In this document: piece after piece, positions 13,101 through 26,340 of the stretch
Layout of the letters: the number at the start of each line of letters is the position of its first letter
Position numbering within the stretch: the first letter of the stretch is position 1
NCBI GenBank assembly: GCA_002269645.1
Contig: NIVC01000317.1
Coordinates: 372,001 to 436,000, forward strand
From: Macrostomum lignano
Lineage: Eukaryota
Direction of reading: 5' to 3'
Length of the DNA stretch: 64,000 nt
Notes under the pieces: generated by a model
Told to the model about the DNA's origin: nothing
The model's input: the letters and a program-made list of their open reading frames with translations, nothing else
Database searches by the model: none
Program-made: the position numbers and the translations under genes

Positions 13101-14686
13101 AGTATTTTGTCCTCAACATTATTTCAATGCCACACAATATTGTCTTTAAAAGTTTATACGCTCGTGAATACTGTAGTTGCGCCATTGAGCACTGGCTTAA
13201 GTGTCTTGTCCATGACTGTGAACTCTGTGACTGGCTCTGAACACTATGTGACCGTGAACAGTATGACTGTGACCGTGAACAGTATGGATATGTCCGTGAA
13301 CACTATGATTGTACCGAACAGGATGACTGTGACCGTGAACAGTATGGATATGTCCGTGAACACTATGATTGTACCGAACAGAATGACTGTGACCGTGAAC
13401 AGTATGTATATGTCCGTGAACACTATGATTGTACCGAACAGAATGACTGTGACCGTGAACAGTATGGATATGTCCGTGAACACTATGATTGTACCGAACA
13501 GAATGACTGTGACCGTGAACAGTATGGATATGTCCGTGAACACTATGATTGTACCGAACAGGATGACTGTGACCGTGAACAGTATGGATATGTCCGTGAA
13601 CACTATGATTGTACCGAACAGGATGACTGTGACCGTGAACAGTATGTATATGTCCGTGAACACTATGATTGTACCGAACAGAACGACTGTGACCGTGAAC
13701 AGTATGGATATGTCCGTGAACACTATGATTGTACCGAACAGAATGACTGTGACCGTGAACACTATGGATATGTCCGTGAACCCTATAATTGTACCGAACA
13801 GAATGACTGTGACCGTGAACAGTATGGATATGTCCGTGAACACTATGATTGTACTGAACAGAATGACTGTGACCGTGAACAGTATGGATATGTCCGTGAA
13901 CACTATGATTGTACCGAACAGAATGACTGTGACCGTGAACAGTATGGATATGTCCGTGAACAGTATGGATATGTCCGTGAACAGTATGGATATGTCCGTG
14001 AACACTATGGATGTGACCGTGTAAAATATTACTGACTGTGAACGCTGTGACTGACAGGAGTCATTGTGACTTTAAACACAATGACTGTGATCGTGAACAG
14101 TAAACTTCACTATTCTCATCGGCAGCAGCAGCAGCAGCAGCCACCGCAACAGCCCGCCGAGTCAGACGAGGACCTGGTGTCGAAGTTCCGACACCCGCAC
14201 CAGTCCTTCATGTCGGTGATTGGCGCCAGGGAGCGGCATTTGCGCCGAGTCCGGTCCATGTGGTCAGCTGACACGGTCAAGACTGCGGTAGACTGCGCCC
14301 TGCTCATCCAAGACTCCGCTGTGCTCATCGACCTGTTGAACGTGCTGACGGCCAACCAGTCGCTGTGGACTCTGGACATCTCGGCGGCTCTGCTGCCGGC
14401 AATCCGCGACCTGTTTAACAGCAAGCACGCCAGCTACGTGGAGACCGGCGCCACCGCCGCGCTGCTGGTGCTGCGCCAGTTCTCAACTCTGATCAAGAGC
14501 ACTCTGTCTGCGCACGGCCTATCGCCCGGAGTGGATCTGAGCAGAGAGGACCGGGCGCAGCGCTGTCGGGTGTGCTACGATTGTTTGATGCAGATCAGCT
14601 CCGCCCTGGCCTCGCCGGACACTCTGTCCAAGGCCGGACAGACTGGCAGAGAGCTGAAGATGTTCCTGCTGCAGTTGCAGCTCTAG
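4467..14686 (+). CDS. KATNB1: Katanin p80 WD40 repeat-containing subunit B1 (7 coding exons, ~705 aa)
   Basis: Exons 4467-4500, 8705-9057, 9709-9834, 10163-10523, 11100-11549, 12230-12462, 14126-14686; all GT-AG with matching phases, total 2118 nt. Protein [17 protein letters not shown]...LATGGDD...LWDIRRKGC...FSPDGRW (WD40), Pro-rich linker ending DFLP, C-terminal con80 domain (SLWTLD...YVETG...[17 protein letters not shown]) closely matching recalled human KATNB1. Confidence 0.95.
9061..9655. repeat. 32-bp minisatellite, KATNB1 intron 2
   Basis: Tandem ATCAGTTTGAT(A/T)GCAGTGCGGCTTGCTGAGG(C/A/G). Confidence 0.95.
9940..10110. repeat. Degenerate (GACA)n microsatellite, KATNB1 intron 3
   Basis: Runs of gacagacagaca visible directly. 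Confidence 0.85.
10600..11010. repeat. Degenerate ~22-bp minisatellite, KATNB1 intron 4
   Basis: Recurring TGGAGAATTCCCTCAGATTATA variants. Confidence 0.85.
11685..12190. repeat. 25-bp/19-bp minisatellite, KATNB1 intron 5
   Basis: GAGGTGAAGCTGATTGACAGCCAGT and its 6-bp deletion derivative GAGGTGATTGACAGCCAGT. Confidence 0.95.
13245..14025. repeat. 60-bp minisatellite, KATNB1 intron 6
   Basis: Consecutive 60-nt lines are nearly identical; source of spurious ORFs 13074..14024 and 13244..14005. Confidence 0.97.
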
Positions 14687-15054
14687 AATTTCGGATAGGA
14701 ATGGAAAAGTCTACACAGATTCTACTGGTTTTGCAGCCATCAATGATAACAGTGTTTTCTCCTCACTTTTCATTGCTTCAAATTGCTGCTGCTGTGTAAT
14801 ACCGGCCTTATAGAACTTTTATGGTTATGTATATGTATATATCTGTCTGCTTGTGCACTCTGCGTTGGATCTGATTGACTGATAATTCTTCTCCATCCCT
14901 GCATCTCCGAGTTCATTCCCTCTATTTACTGAAGTACTATTAGTAGTAATGCACGGTTGGGTTAGTAGTTCAAAACGGGAATATGAACCGATATTTAGAT
15001 ATAAAACACATAAGCCAGTCCAATAAACCACATTAGACTGTCCGAATTTGACTG

Positions 15055-16110
15055 TCGGCCCTAACCCTCAAATCCCTAACCCTGATATAAATCCCAACCC
15101 TTAGGACCTTAACCCTAACCCGTAAAATCATAACTTCAACCCTTAAAACGCTAACCCCAACTTTCAAAATCATTACTTTAACCCTTAAAACCCTAACCTC
15201 AACCCTTAAAACTCTAACCCGAACCCTCAAAACCCTAACTCCAACCCTTAAAACTCTAACCCGAACCCTTAAATTCTAACGCGAACCTTTTAAACCCAAA
15301 CTTCGACCCTTAAAACCCTAATTCCAACCCTTAAAACCCTAATTCCAACCCTTAAAACCCTAACCACAACCCTTAAAACCCCAACCTCAACCCTTAAAAC
15401 CCTAACCTCAACCCTTAAAACCCTATCCTCAACCCTGAAAACCCTAACCTCAACTCTTAAAGCCCTAACCTCAACCCTGAAAACCCTATCCTCAACTCTT
15501 AAAACCCTAGCCTCAACCCTTAGAATCCTAACCTCAACCCTGAAAACCCTAACCTCAATCCTTAAAACCCTAGCCTCAACCCTTAAAACCCTAAGCTCAA
15601 CCCTGAAAACCCTAAGCTCAACCCTGAAAACCCTAACCTCAACCTTGAAAACCCTAGCCTCAACCCTTAAAACCCTAACCTCAACCCTGAAAACCCTAAC
15701 CCCAACCCTGAAAACCCTAACCTCAACCCTGAAAACCCTAACCTCAACCCTGAAAACCCTAACCTCAACCCTGAAAATCCTAACCTCAACCCTGAAAACC
15801 CTATCCTCAAATCTTAAAACCCTAACCTCAACCCTGAAAACCCTAACCCCAACCCTGAAAACCCTAACCTCAACCCTGAAAACCCTAACCTCAACCCTGA
15901 AAACCCTAACCTCAATCCTTAAAACCCTAGCCTCAACCCTTAAAACCCTAAGCTCAACCCTGAAAACCCTAAGCTCAACCCTGAAAACCCTAACCTCAAC
16001 CTTGAAAACCCTAGCCTCAACCCTTAAAACCCTAACCTCAACCCTGAAAACCCTAACCCCAACCCTGAAAACCCTAACCTCAACCCTGAAAACCCTAACC
16101 TCAACCCTGA
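15055..16110. repeat. 21-bp telomere-like minisatellite (AACCCTGAAAACCCTAACCTC)n
   Basis: Tandem unit built from CCCTAA/CCCTGA/ACCTCA variants; more degenerate at the left end. Confidence 0.9.
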
Positions 16111-18287
16111 AAGCTATAATCCTTGTTTTGCACTGTGTTAATGCAAGCTGGTTTTGCAATTTAACTCAAGCTGGTGTTTTAAAAAAGTACTACTGGAGAA
16201 GGAGACAAGCAAGCAGAATTTCACAATTGTTTCGGCCTCTCCAGTTTATTTTATTAAACGGACAGTGCAGTCCGCAAGTTCGAGTGCACTCATTTGCAAT
16301 CGCTTAGAATTATCAAGGCCTGCGCTATTTTTACTATTTAATTCGTCTTCTATAGACAATAATTCGACCGCACTGCAATGTGCAAGTCACTTTTTATGTC
16401 TGGTAAATATTTCTTGCTTAGCGCGCTTGTTTGTGATTTATGGCCTTCTTAGAAATACTCGTATTGTCACCTGGCTGAAATCGCGTCTCCAGTTTGTTTT
16501 TTTAAACGCATGTGTCTATAGCTAACCGGATCAGCACTGCTTACAGTGAGAACAAATTCTGTACAAGTGACTAATCAAGCGGGTCGGCATGCTATCATGG
16601 GGGGGTAACTTTTTGAAGGCCGGTTTTTTCCCTGAAGTTAAATTAATAGACCTAACTCATTCTAGATTGAAGCAGTACAATTTCCTGTTTCCCTACTGAA
16701 TTCTGAAGAGAAGAGCGGCCTACAAAAATTCCAGGAATCAACAGTGTGCCGTCCTTGCTTTATCCGAGACATGCTGGAGTCATCATTGATTCTATATTTT
16801 GTTACGATTCTAAAGTCACATGCGGCATTAATTGACAGAAATTAGAAATGCCAACTGTTATTTTCACTATTGATCATTATTGGATTGAGTGGTAGGGAAT
16901 GGATTTCCGATTAACTGGTGTTATGAGCGGGCAGTTGATGCTTTCCTTCACTAACTAGAGTGCTTTTCATCAGTGAAACCCTCCATTACTTGTAGTTTCG
17001 CTTTGTTACTCTGTTTTCGTGTTAATGGTATACTTACAAAATATATGAACAAGTTTGTTGACATACATAATCTACTTGAACTAGCTCTGTGTATTTTATT
17101 GAAAGAATTTCACCGGCTTAGAAATCAGACAGTTTTTGTTTTTTTGATAGAGTAGCTGCATTTATTTGTGGGTTGAAAATGTAAGAAAAATTTCGGATTT
17201 CCAAATCTTACGGATTGATTCGCTTAGGGGTGCGAACGCTAGATTTCGCAGGAGTTCCGTGCGGATGAGCATATGTGAGCTAGTTGCCTAAAGTAGGACG
17301 GGAAACTACGTTTCTTGGAAATTTTTGGTGGACAAAATTTCCTCCGAAGAAATACATTACGGAGATAGGAGGTTTTCATTTTCAGCACAAAAATGGTCAT
17401 TGCTTTTGATAGGAGGCAGATTTAAAGTTCCTTTTTTGATATGACTTGTCTTTCTTATAGCTCTATTGATGGTGTATCGATGTATATCGCTCGATCGATC
17501 TATAATAGGTATATATTTAACTGAAAAAGTTGGTGCTCATTCCAAAATAGCGACTATATAACTTCATATGTAGCCTTCGTATCTTCGAAACCAATTTACT
17601 GCGTGAGGAACGAAACTAATAATAATGGTCAGTCAGTCTACCGCACTCGGTCAAAGTGTAATAATGACAACGTGCATGTGTACATGTACATGGTAATTTT
17701 ACCTCGACACTTTAAAATCCTAGATTTTAAGCCCCTAGATTCTGCAATCAAACAAAGCTTACCAAATTTTGTATGTTCTATCTTTATCCTTAGTCAGCGA
17801 GTTTATTTAAAACCCAGTATGGCACTTATAACTTTTAAAATAAAAGTAAGAGCAAGGTCTAGCTTTCTAAAGTTTAAAGTCGTGATGAGCAAGTTGTTAC
17901 ACATATAGAGTTAAATAAGCAATTTCACTCAGCGTTGCTTTCGCTTCAAGTAATTTTCTTGCTTTTGTCCATACGTACAGATTTAATATTTGATCATTTA
18001 AACCATGTAAATGGAATTCATATAAGTTACGACGATCGTACATTTAAACTGTCACATTTTAACGAGTTTTCATAGAAAGGATCGAATCGTACGTTTCTAA
18101 TTAACGGTGCCTCATTTTCTGCTACAAGCTGCCTGATCTGTGCCGCGTGAGATTTAACACACGGAGAAACGACCAGCGGAGCCTGTGGGCACGAGGAGAT
18201 AGACTTTGTTATTTAATCTGACTAACTATATGCAAGCGACACTGCTTCGTTTTAATACTTGTGATATTATTCCCAAAAAGCGTAAAA

Positions 18288-21200
18288 ATGTCTATTGATG
18301 ACTATGTTCGAAGGCTAGACAGTGCATCTACTATTCAAGACAAAGTCGATTTGATAAATGATGTGACATCAGATGAAGGTGATTTATTAAAATGCTTTCA
18401 CTTTTATTATAACAGCACAAGTAGATTGTTTGTTTTAATATAATGGCAATATTAAGGTGAATTACTCCAACCAGTCCAATCTGCTTTGAATTTACTAATA
18501 ATAGGCATTTAGGCTGAAAAATATCTTAATATTATGTGATATAATTTAAACTGAACTGAGTAGATTGCCTAACTTATCATATACTTTGTCTTTACATCTA
18601 CACTTATTAATTTTGATTTTTTAGTCAAAACCTAACTATATCAACAAAATAGGCATAAAATAGATTTTGTTCATTAGCTAGAATAACGCTAACAATATTA
18701 ATAATAACAAAAAGGCCATATATAACAAAAGTAAAAGTAAAATTTTTACTTTGCATAGTTCTGGAAAGAAATCAAAATATAACCTTTTAAAATTGTGTTG
18801 TTATGCCGTATGGATTAGGTTATGGTTGTTATGTTGCTTTATTTTTATTTTGTGTACATTATTTTGTTTATTTACAACTACAATTCAGCACTTTGTGATG
18901 ATTTTTTTAAGAATGCCAGAAAGTCAAGTTGAATGAATTATATAACATTTGACAAACAAAGAATATAAAATTTTATCTTTAGCTCTGCTATTTTCTATTA
19001 AAATAATTATATCAAGCTATATCAAAATGAATCATATATACAAAATATGTTTAACTTATATTGTTAAATGAATATAATAACAAAAGACATGCTTTAAATG
19101 CCTACCTACTAATGAGCTATATCATTGCAGACAACTTTGTACATGGTATAACTAGGGGTCGGACGGGATCAAAATTTTTGGGATCAGTCGGGATTGGGAT
19201 TGAAAAAAAATTATGATCGGGATTCGGGATAGGGGCAAATGAACTAACTCCCTATGGATACAAATACTATACCCAAAGTCCATCTATATCATACATACAT
19301 GTATATTGTATACCCACTATATGCCTAGATAAACAATACATTTGTATCCTAATTCTTATGTTATGAATGTTAGAAATTAGAATTAGTACCAATACCAATG
19401 TCCAATGTCCAATAACTAACTACTAGACTAGTCCATACCCCATAGGACTGGTCCACTGGACCAACATAAATGAGACAATTAGTAAAATATATATAACTTT
19501 TATAACATTTCTTGTTTGCATGTATGCATAATTTACATTTACATAATATTACTAATTAAATGTAAATTATAAGTTCATAATTAAATCAAGTGTTACTTTT
19601 TTCATAATATTTTTAATTTAATCGATACTCTGATAAATTAAATGATTTTTTCATTGATAGAAAATGTTCTTAAATTAAAAATTCAGTCCTAGGCTAATCA
19701 AATTCAAATCAAATAAAATTCTAAATAAAACTAAATTCTAATACTGGAATTTTTATATTGTGGTTGTGCCATAAAATATTGATGACTAATGAATCCAATA
19801 GTATTTATTAGTAGTAGGCCTATGCCTATTATCCCTATTGGAATAAATTTTGAAAACCCGTGGATGCGCACTTTAGAATAGAGTCAAATTATTTTCCCAC
19901 GCTTTAGGATTATTAGAGATATCCCGAAAGAGCAGTTTCCTCGAAATCAAAATTTGTTAACTTTCCAAACTCAAAATTGAAATTTTCCGAAATCAAAATG
20001 TAGAAAAACAAAGTTTAGTATGATCAATACTCACCTTTTACATTCGATTTACTGCTTATGCAAAATGAAATACATGTATATGTAGTATTGTGGTAGTGCA
20101 TGGTGACATAGAATGTTTTATTTCCGTGAATATTTTTTCTGGCAATATTGCTAACAGTACAAAGTACAAACATGTAAACATAACGATGCTTCAACATTCA
20201 TGCACCTGTATTAATTATTCAAAAAATTCTATGCCTACCTATAACAAATACGAATTCAACTGAAACTAGTACTAACTCAAAACAGTCAGCACTTAAATAA
20301 ACCATTTGATTTACCTCATTATATCGTGTTGCCATGATATTGAAGTAATAGTAGCTTGACTTCTTTGGCAAGGGGCTTAAAACGATAGTTTAAACAATTT
20401 GTTTCACTTAAATATCTCTAGTAAAATGACTATGGCAAAAACTTCTACTCTGCAGAAAAAAACAAAAAAGACATTAGCCTATCCCAATTCCCAAATTCCC
20501 TAGCTGAGAATGTCCGGCAGTTGAGGTTTGTCCATTATTGAAGCTTGATAAGAAAAACCTGACATTTGCAACAGGGATGTCCATAGTCACATGGTGTAAT
20601 CTGTTGAAGGAGCCGACGGCGTCGGGATGATGATGGAATGCTTGATAGACTAGCTGAGAATGTCTGGCGGTTGATTCTTGCCCACTGTCGAGGCATGATC
20701 GGCGAAACTAGAGAAATCAGCATCAGGCTGTCCATAGTCACCTGGTGTAATCTGTTGAAGGAGCCGACGGCGTCAGGATGATGACGGAATGCTTGAGAGA
20801 CTAGCTGAGAATGTCCAGCAGTTGAGGTTTGCCCATTATTGAAGCTTGATAAGAAAAACCTGACATACTTGCAACAGGGATGTCCATAGTCACCTGGTGT
20901 AATCTGTTGAAGGTGCCGACGGCATCAGGTTGATGATGGAATGCTTGAGAGACTAGCTGAGAATGTCTGGAAGTTGATTCTTGCCCACTGTCGAGGCTTG
21001 ATCGGCGAAACTAGAGAAATGCGCATCAGGGTGTCCATAGTCACCTGGTGCCACCTGTTGAGGGTCCAGAAGCTCCACCTGGGTGAAGGCTAGTGACCAA
21101 CGAAGTCAGAGCTGATGCAAACACATGTGGTTGACGTGCTGATGAAATTTGGAGACTTGGCAAGGCTGCAGTGAGGCGCAGTGCTGATTGGCGCACAGGG

Positions 21201-23474
21201 GTGTACTGAATACACTGGCGCTTATGGGAAAAATCCGACCTTCTGGCAGAATCGTCAAATATCTCGACGGTCCGGAGGGCTGGCGGCTTGATTCTTGTTT
21301 GAGAAGTTGTGCAATAAAAAGTTAGCCCATGTTCTTGAATTTTGTGTGCCTGCGATGCTCCATTCCGGCACAGCAAAAAAATTGTCGGGGGGAATTCCCT
21401 CCCCCCTCTTGGTAGTTCTACTGTTAATCTTTACTTCTAATTTTTAACAATATCAATATCAAGATGCACCTTAAAGTTTATTGTTGCATTTACCAATTGA
21501 ATACAAGGAATTAATACACTATTAGTTAATTTGTCAAGTACTTTTTGTTTATTAATATTTATAAAAAGTCATTTTTACCATGATAAATTATTTAGGCTTA
21601 CAAGTTGTATATTTAGTTATAGTTTTTTAGAAACCTATCATTAAAACATTTAACTAATGTAAAATATTTGTATATTTTAAATCATTCAAGATTAACTCTA
21701 TCCTAGTATATAGCTAATATTATTTAGAGTTCTGCTATACATATGGTTATGGCAATTGGAAGTTAGCAGATTTGGAAACTTTAAGGTTGAAAACAGCTAT
21801 GAATATGGTTATTGGCCTAGGAATATACATTTCCCATATTTATCTTGCCACCCAATAACTGAGACTTAATATATCTGTATTTAAATATTTAAATTTTATT
21901 CAAGCAGGTTACAAAGATGCATACATATTAGATCAAAATAAAATTATTTTTTATTTTTTATGTTTTAATATTTAATATTTAATAATATTTAATTTTCTAT
22001 AATATATTTTTTCATTATAAATGACACCTAGACTAACAAGTATAAAACATTATCTTTATTAATTTTAACAAAATTACAAACTTTATCTTAAGCAATACAG
22101 AGAAAGTCAATTGGGAGAATAGATGTTAGCTTTAAATATAATACTTATTTACCAATATAAAAATATAGACCAATTTTCGCCATTGTTACATTGCATTCCA
22201 TCTACCTACAGTTATTACACAAATCCCCTATGCTCGAATTTGCCCCACTCCTCCCAGACGTCCACGTATTTGGCGAGCTCCTCAGCGATCCCCGACTGGC
22301 CTGTTTGGAGGTGGAGGCGCCGGCAGCCCACCAGCTGCTGCGGCTGTTCGCCTACGGCACCTACGCTGACTACGCCGCCGCCGCAGCCCCCAGCTCAGCA
22401 CTGAGCCCGCGGCAGCTGCGCAAACTTCGCCGCCTCAGCGTTGTGCAGGCGGCTCGCACCCAGCGCAGCCTCGCCTATGCCAGCCTGCTGACCAGCCTGG
22501 GTCTGGACAGCGTGCCAGAGCTCGAGTCCCTGCTGGCCGAGATGATCACTGTGGGCCTGCTTCAGGGCAAGCTGGACCAGCGCGACCAGCTGCTGCAGGT
22601 GAGGAGTGCGCGGATTAACAGTTTTAATTGTCTGTGGATCTCCGGTGCCCATGGCGATTTTGGTTTCAGGATTGAACTCTGAAGCCTCCGAGAGTCACCT
22701 CACATCCCACATCCTCTATGGAGATCGCCCCATCCCTATGAGAATCGCCTCATCCCTGAGTGTCGCCTCATCCCTATGAGAATCCCCCATCCCTATGAGA
22801 ATCGCCTCATCCCTATGAGAATCACCCCATCCCTATGAGAGTCGCCTTATACCCTGTGAGAATCGTCTCATCCCCTATGATAATCGCCCCATCCCTATGA
22901 TAATCGCCCCATCACTATGATAATCGCCCCATCCCTATGATAATCGCCCCATCCCTATGATAATCGCCCCATCACTATGAGAATCAGCCCAGCCCCTATT
23001 AAAATTGTTTCCCTCTATGAGAATCAGCCCAGCCCCTATTAAAATTGTTTCCCTCTATGAGAGTCGCCCCATCCCCTGAGAATTGCCAATAAAATCCTGC
23101 AGTCCCTACCGCCACCCGCCCTGCCGCAGGTGTACAGCTGCATGGGCCGGGACGTGCCGCCCGAAGAGCTGCCCAGCCTAGTGGCAGCCCTGGAGGCCTG
23201 GTCTGAGGCCTGCCGCCAGTCGCTGGGCCTGGTGTGCTCCGAGATGGAGACGGCCGAGGCCAGGCACGCGCAGGCCCAGCAGGCCAGGCGCCAGGTGGAG
23301 GAGCGAGTCGAGGCCGAGCGGGCCAAGGCGCTCGCCCAGCGGGAGGCGGCCACCGCTGCCACCGCCGCCCCTTCCGGTCACGATAGCGCCGAGTACGGCT
23401 CCTCCGGCGCCGGGGCCGGCGGCGCCAGCTCGATGAAGTCGCTAAAAAAAGTGCGACTGTCCGCCAAGAAGTGA
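18288..23474 (+). CDS. COPS7: COP9 signalosome complex subunit 7 (PCI domain, 3 exons, ~258 aa)
   Basis: Exons 18288-18378, 22258-22598, 23130-23474 (777 nt, phases 1 and 0). MSIDDYVRRL...DLINDVTSDEDVHVFGELL...LLRLFAYGTYADY...KLRRLSVV...LLQGKLDQRDQLLQVYSCMGRDV aligns without gaps to recalled CSN7 (LIHQVLEAPGVYVFGELL; FAYGTY; GSLDQRNQ; SIGRDI). Confidence 0.92.
20500..21050. repeat. ~150-bp tandem repeat with alternating A/B monomers, COPS7 intron 1
   Basis: CTAGCTGAGAATGTC recurs at 20500, 20650, 20801, 20953; monomers 1/3 and 2/4 are more similar to each other. Confidence 0.85.
22720..23090. repeat. ~21-bp minisatellite, COPS7 intron 2
   Basis: Tandem ATCGCCCCATCCCTATGAGA variants. Confidence 0.9.
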
Positions 23475-23574
23475 ATTGCTAATCGGGGAACGAACTGATG
23501 GCGTCCCTGTCTCGGATCCCAGTGCTCAGATAATGCTTACACTTAAATCCCTGTTCTGCGTTTGAGTCTTTAAT

Positions 23575-23950
23575 CCCATGCCCTGAAATCCCCAATTTCC
23601 CTCACACTGAAATCCCTAATTTCCTTCGAGTTGAACTCCCTAATTTCCCTCAGAATGAAATCCCCAATTTCCCTCAGATCGAAATCCCTAATTTCCCTCA
23701 CACTGAAATCCCCAATTTCCCTCACACTGAAATCCCCAATTTCCCTCACACTGAAATCCCTAATTTCCTTCGAGTTGAACTCCCTAATTTCCCTCAGAAT
23801 GAAATCCCCAATTTCCCTCAGATCGAAATCCCTAATTTCCCTCACACTGAAATCCCCAATTTCCCTCACACTGAAATCCCCAATTTCCCTCACACTGAAA
23901 TCCCTAATTTCCTTCATATTGAAATCCCCAATTTCCCTCATACTGAAATT
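23575..23950. repeat. 24-bp minisatellite downstream of COPS7
   Basis: Tandem CTGAAATCCCCAATTTCCCTCACA variants. Confidence 0.9.
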
Positions 23951-24428
23951 GCTGATATTGGTATCCTGTTCTTTTATATTTTAATAAGTTAGAAATTGTC
24001 TGATGCAAAAATAAACAATTTAATTCAAACAAACTTTCATCAAGCAACTCATTTTTTACACCTGGCTTGCATTTTATATTTGGTGTGGATTAAATTATCT
24101 TCGATTATTGATTGACCTGGGCTAATTGAGTAATTATGAGGTTGAGGGGGGGGGGGGCTTTGGGTCAAAACTGTTTCCGCTGCGCTGTTTCTAACCAATT
24201 GAATTTTCTGTTGTTTCATGCAGATCCTATCACAGTTTGTTCCTGCTAGCTTTGCTTGTAGCACCTGCAACTGCAGTGTTGACAACATTTGATTCTGCCT
24301 TTTTCAGACAATAAAACTCCCTGCATCGCCTTGTGCAGCGTTGCTTTATTGGCATCTGTAACTGCTTTTGGGAGCATTGGGTACCCTTTGTTAGTAGCTT
24401 TTTTGTCACCGTGTGTTCAAGGACTGCC

Positions 24429-24720
24429 AATATTGTGTCAGGGCTGAGAGCTGGCTAATATTGTGTCAGGACTGAGAGCTGGCTAATATTGTGTCAGGGC
24501 TGAGAGCTGGCTAATATTGTGTCAGGACTGAGAGCTGGCTAATATTGTGTCAGGACTGAGCTGGCTAATATTGTCAGGACTGAGCTAGCTAATATTGTGT
24601 CAGGACTGAGAGCTGGCTAATATTGTGTCAGGACTGAGCTGGCTAATATTGTCAGGACTGAGCTAGCTAATATTGTGTCAGGACTGAGAGCTGGCTAATA
24701 TTGTGTCAGGACTGAGCTGG
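24429..24720. repeat. 28-bp minisatellite
   Basis: Tandem AATATTGTGTCAGGACTGAGAGCTGGCT with 2-bp deletion variants. Confidence 0.9.
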
Positions 24721-26340
24721 CAAGATACGATTTTGCAGATTTAAATTTTATTCACAATAAGAATTTTTATAGAAAAATATCCAGATAATTCTACTGCTTG
24801 TAAGTAGCATGTAGCATGTCACCCACTGCAATGCTTTGTCAGGTCGAAAATGTTCTAAATTATCTAAATTAATTAATGATCTTTAAGATTTATTATTTCG
24901 TCACAAAGTAGCAGCTGCTAATGATAATCTCATGGCAGTTTATCTATTTATCTAGTTAACCGTTGATAAAATGAGCCCTTCGCTGTACCCGAAAAACAGG
25001 CCGCGATGCTATCTTCGTTTAGCTTCCAAGTTACCAGTTTCCGGTTCAATCTTATCGAATCCAGTTTCTGCTATTTTATTATATTTGCTGTGCATGCCTG
25101 CGCAAATGCTGTTCACGCTTGCCTACTTGACTGACTTTGCGAGAGAATGGTCCCGTCTATAGGTAGGTAGGTGCGTGTTGAGGGTTCGGGGAGGCAGTAT
25201 TAATTGGTTTCGGGCCGTTTAAAACTGCAAGTCAAGTTACTTCTTGCAGGTGTGCAGCCAGGAAGTTTGATTCATTGCAACGGAATGAAAAGCCATAAAA
25301 AAAGGCATAGTCCACAGTCACCTGGGGCCACCTGTTAAAGGTCCAGAAGCTGGTTGAAGGCCAGTGACCAACGAAGTCAGAACTGATGCAGACATTCAAA
25401 TGCTTTTGATTTTCTTCCATCTTTGACGATGTCTCCCATTGTCTCTGTTTCTGATCAGTTAAACAATTCAAATGTCCGATAGGTTTCTCTCAATCTTGAC
25501 ATCTTGACCCTTCACACGGATGTTATATTTTTATAGCTTTTTTGATAGTTGAGTTTCGAACAGATTTTAAACACGCAATCGAATAAAAAAATTCAGTGAA
25601 AAAGAGATCCACAGGATAACTGTAGTTAGCTAGCATAAGATTATATAATGGCATAGCATGTCTAAATTGAATAAGATCACATCAACACGTGGTTGACGTG
25701 CTGATGAAGTTTGGAGGCTTGGCAAGACTGCACTGAGGCGCAGTGCTGATTGGCGCACAGGCGTGTATTGAGTAAACTTGTAGGGAAAATCCGACATTAA
25801 GTTAATTTCGAGCTTGTACACTGCGCTTGTACATGTACATTGCTACACGTTTGGCTACGCACTACTGAATACATGTGCACTGTACGTCAACAAAGAGACA
25901 AATATGAAACTTATTAGCAATGAACTGAAGTATAACAGACTTACTGCTTGTGTATAATTATTTAATAAATAAATAGAAATTAATAAAAATTTTCTAATTT
26001 TTATTGGCACCTCAAGTCTGAGGATAGAACTCGTGAATTTGCAATCAAGTGCGATATTGCCTTCGTTCGATCTGTGGGGAACATACATTGTACAATTTAC
26101 TTGATTAGTACATTATAATCGCTGGTATGAATGTGCTGATAATTTTATATAATGACAGTGTCATTTTGATCAATCATACTGATAAATACATGTACGCTCG
26201 TAGTTCGGAACATTCAGTTCCATTGATTTGTCATAATGGTGTACACGTTTCATGTGTATGAACAGTTTTTAATGATTGACCGATATTGAAATCCTTGGCA
26301 TTCAGCAGTCTGCAATAAATCATCAGAGATAATTGGCCTA

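Noticed and set aside
13074-14024. 316-aa and 253-aa repetitive ORFs
   Set aside because: 60-bp minisatellite inside KATNB1 intron 6; the flanking exons splice in phase around it.
15290-16307. 289-aa RVEV and 220-aa TLKT ORFs
   Set aside because: Translations of the 21-bp telomere-like array; no start context or domain.
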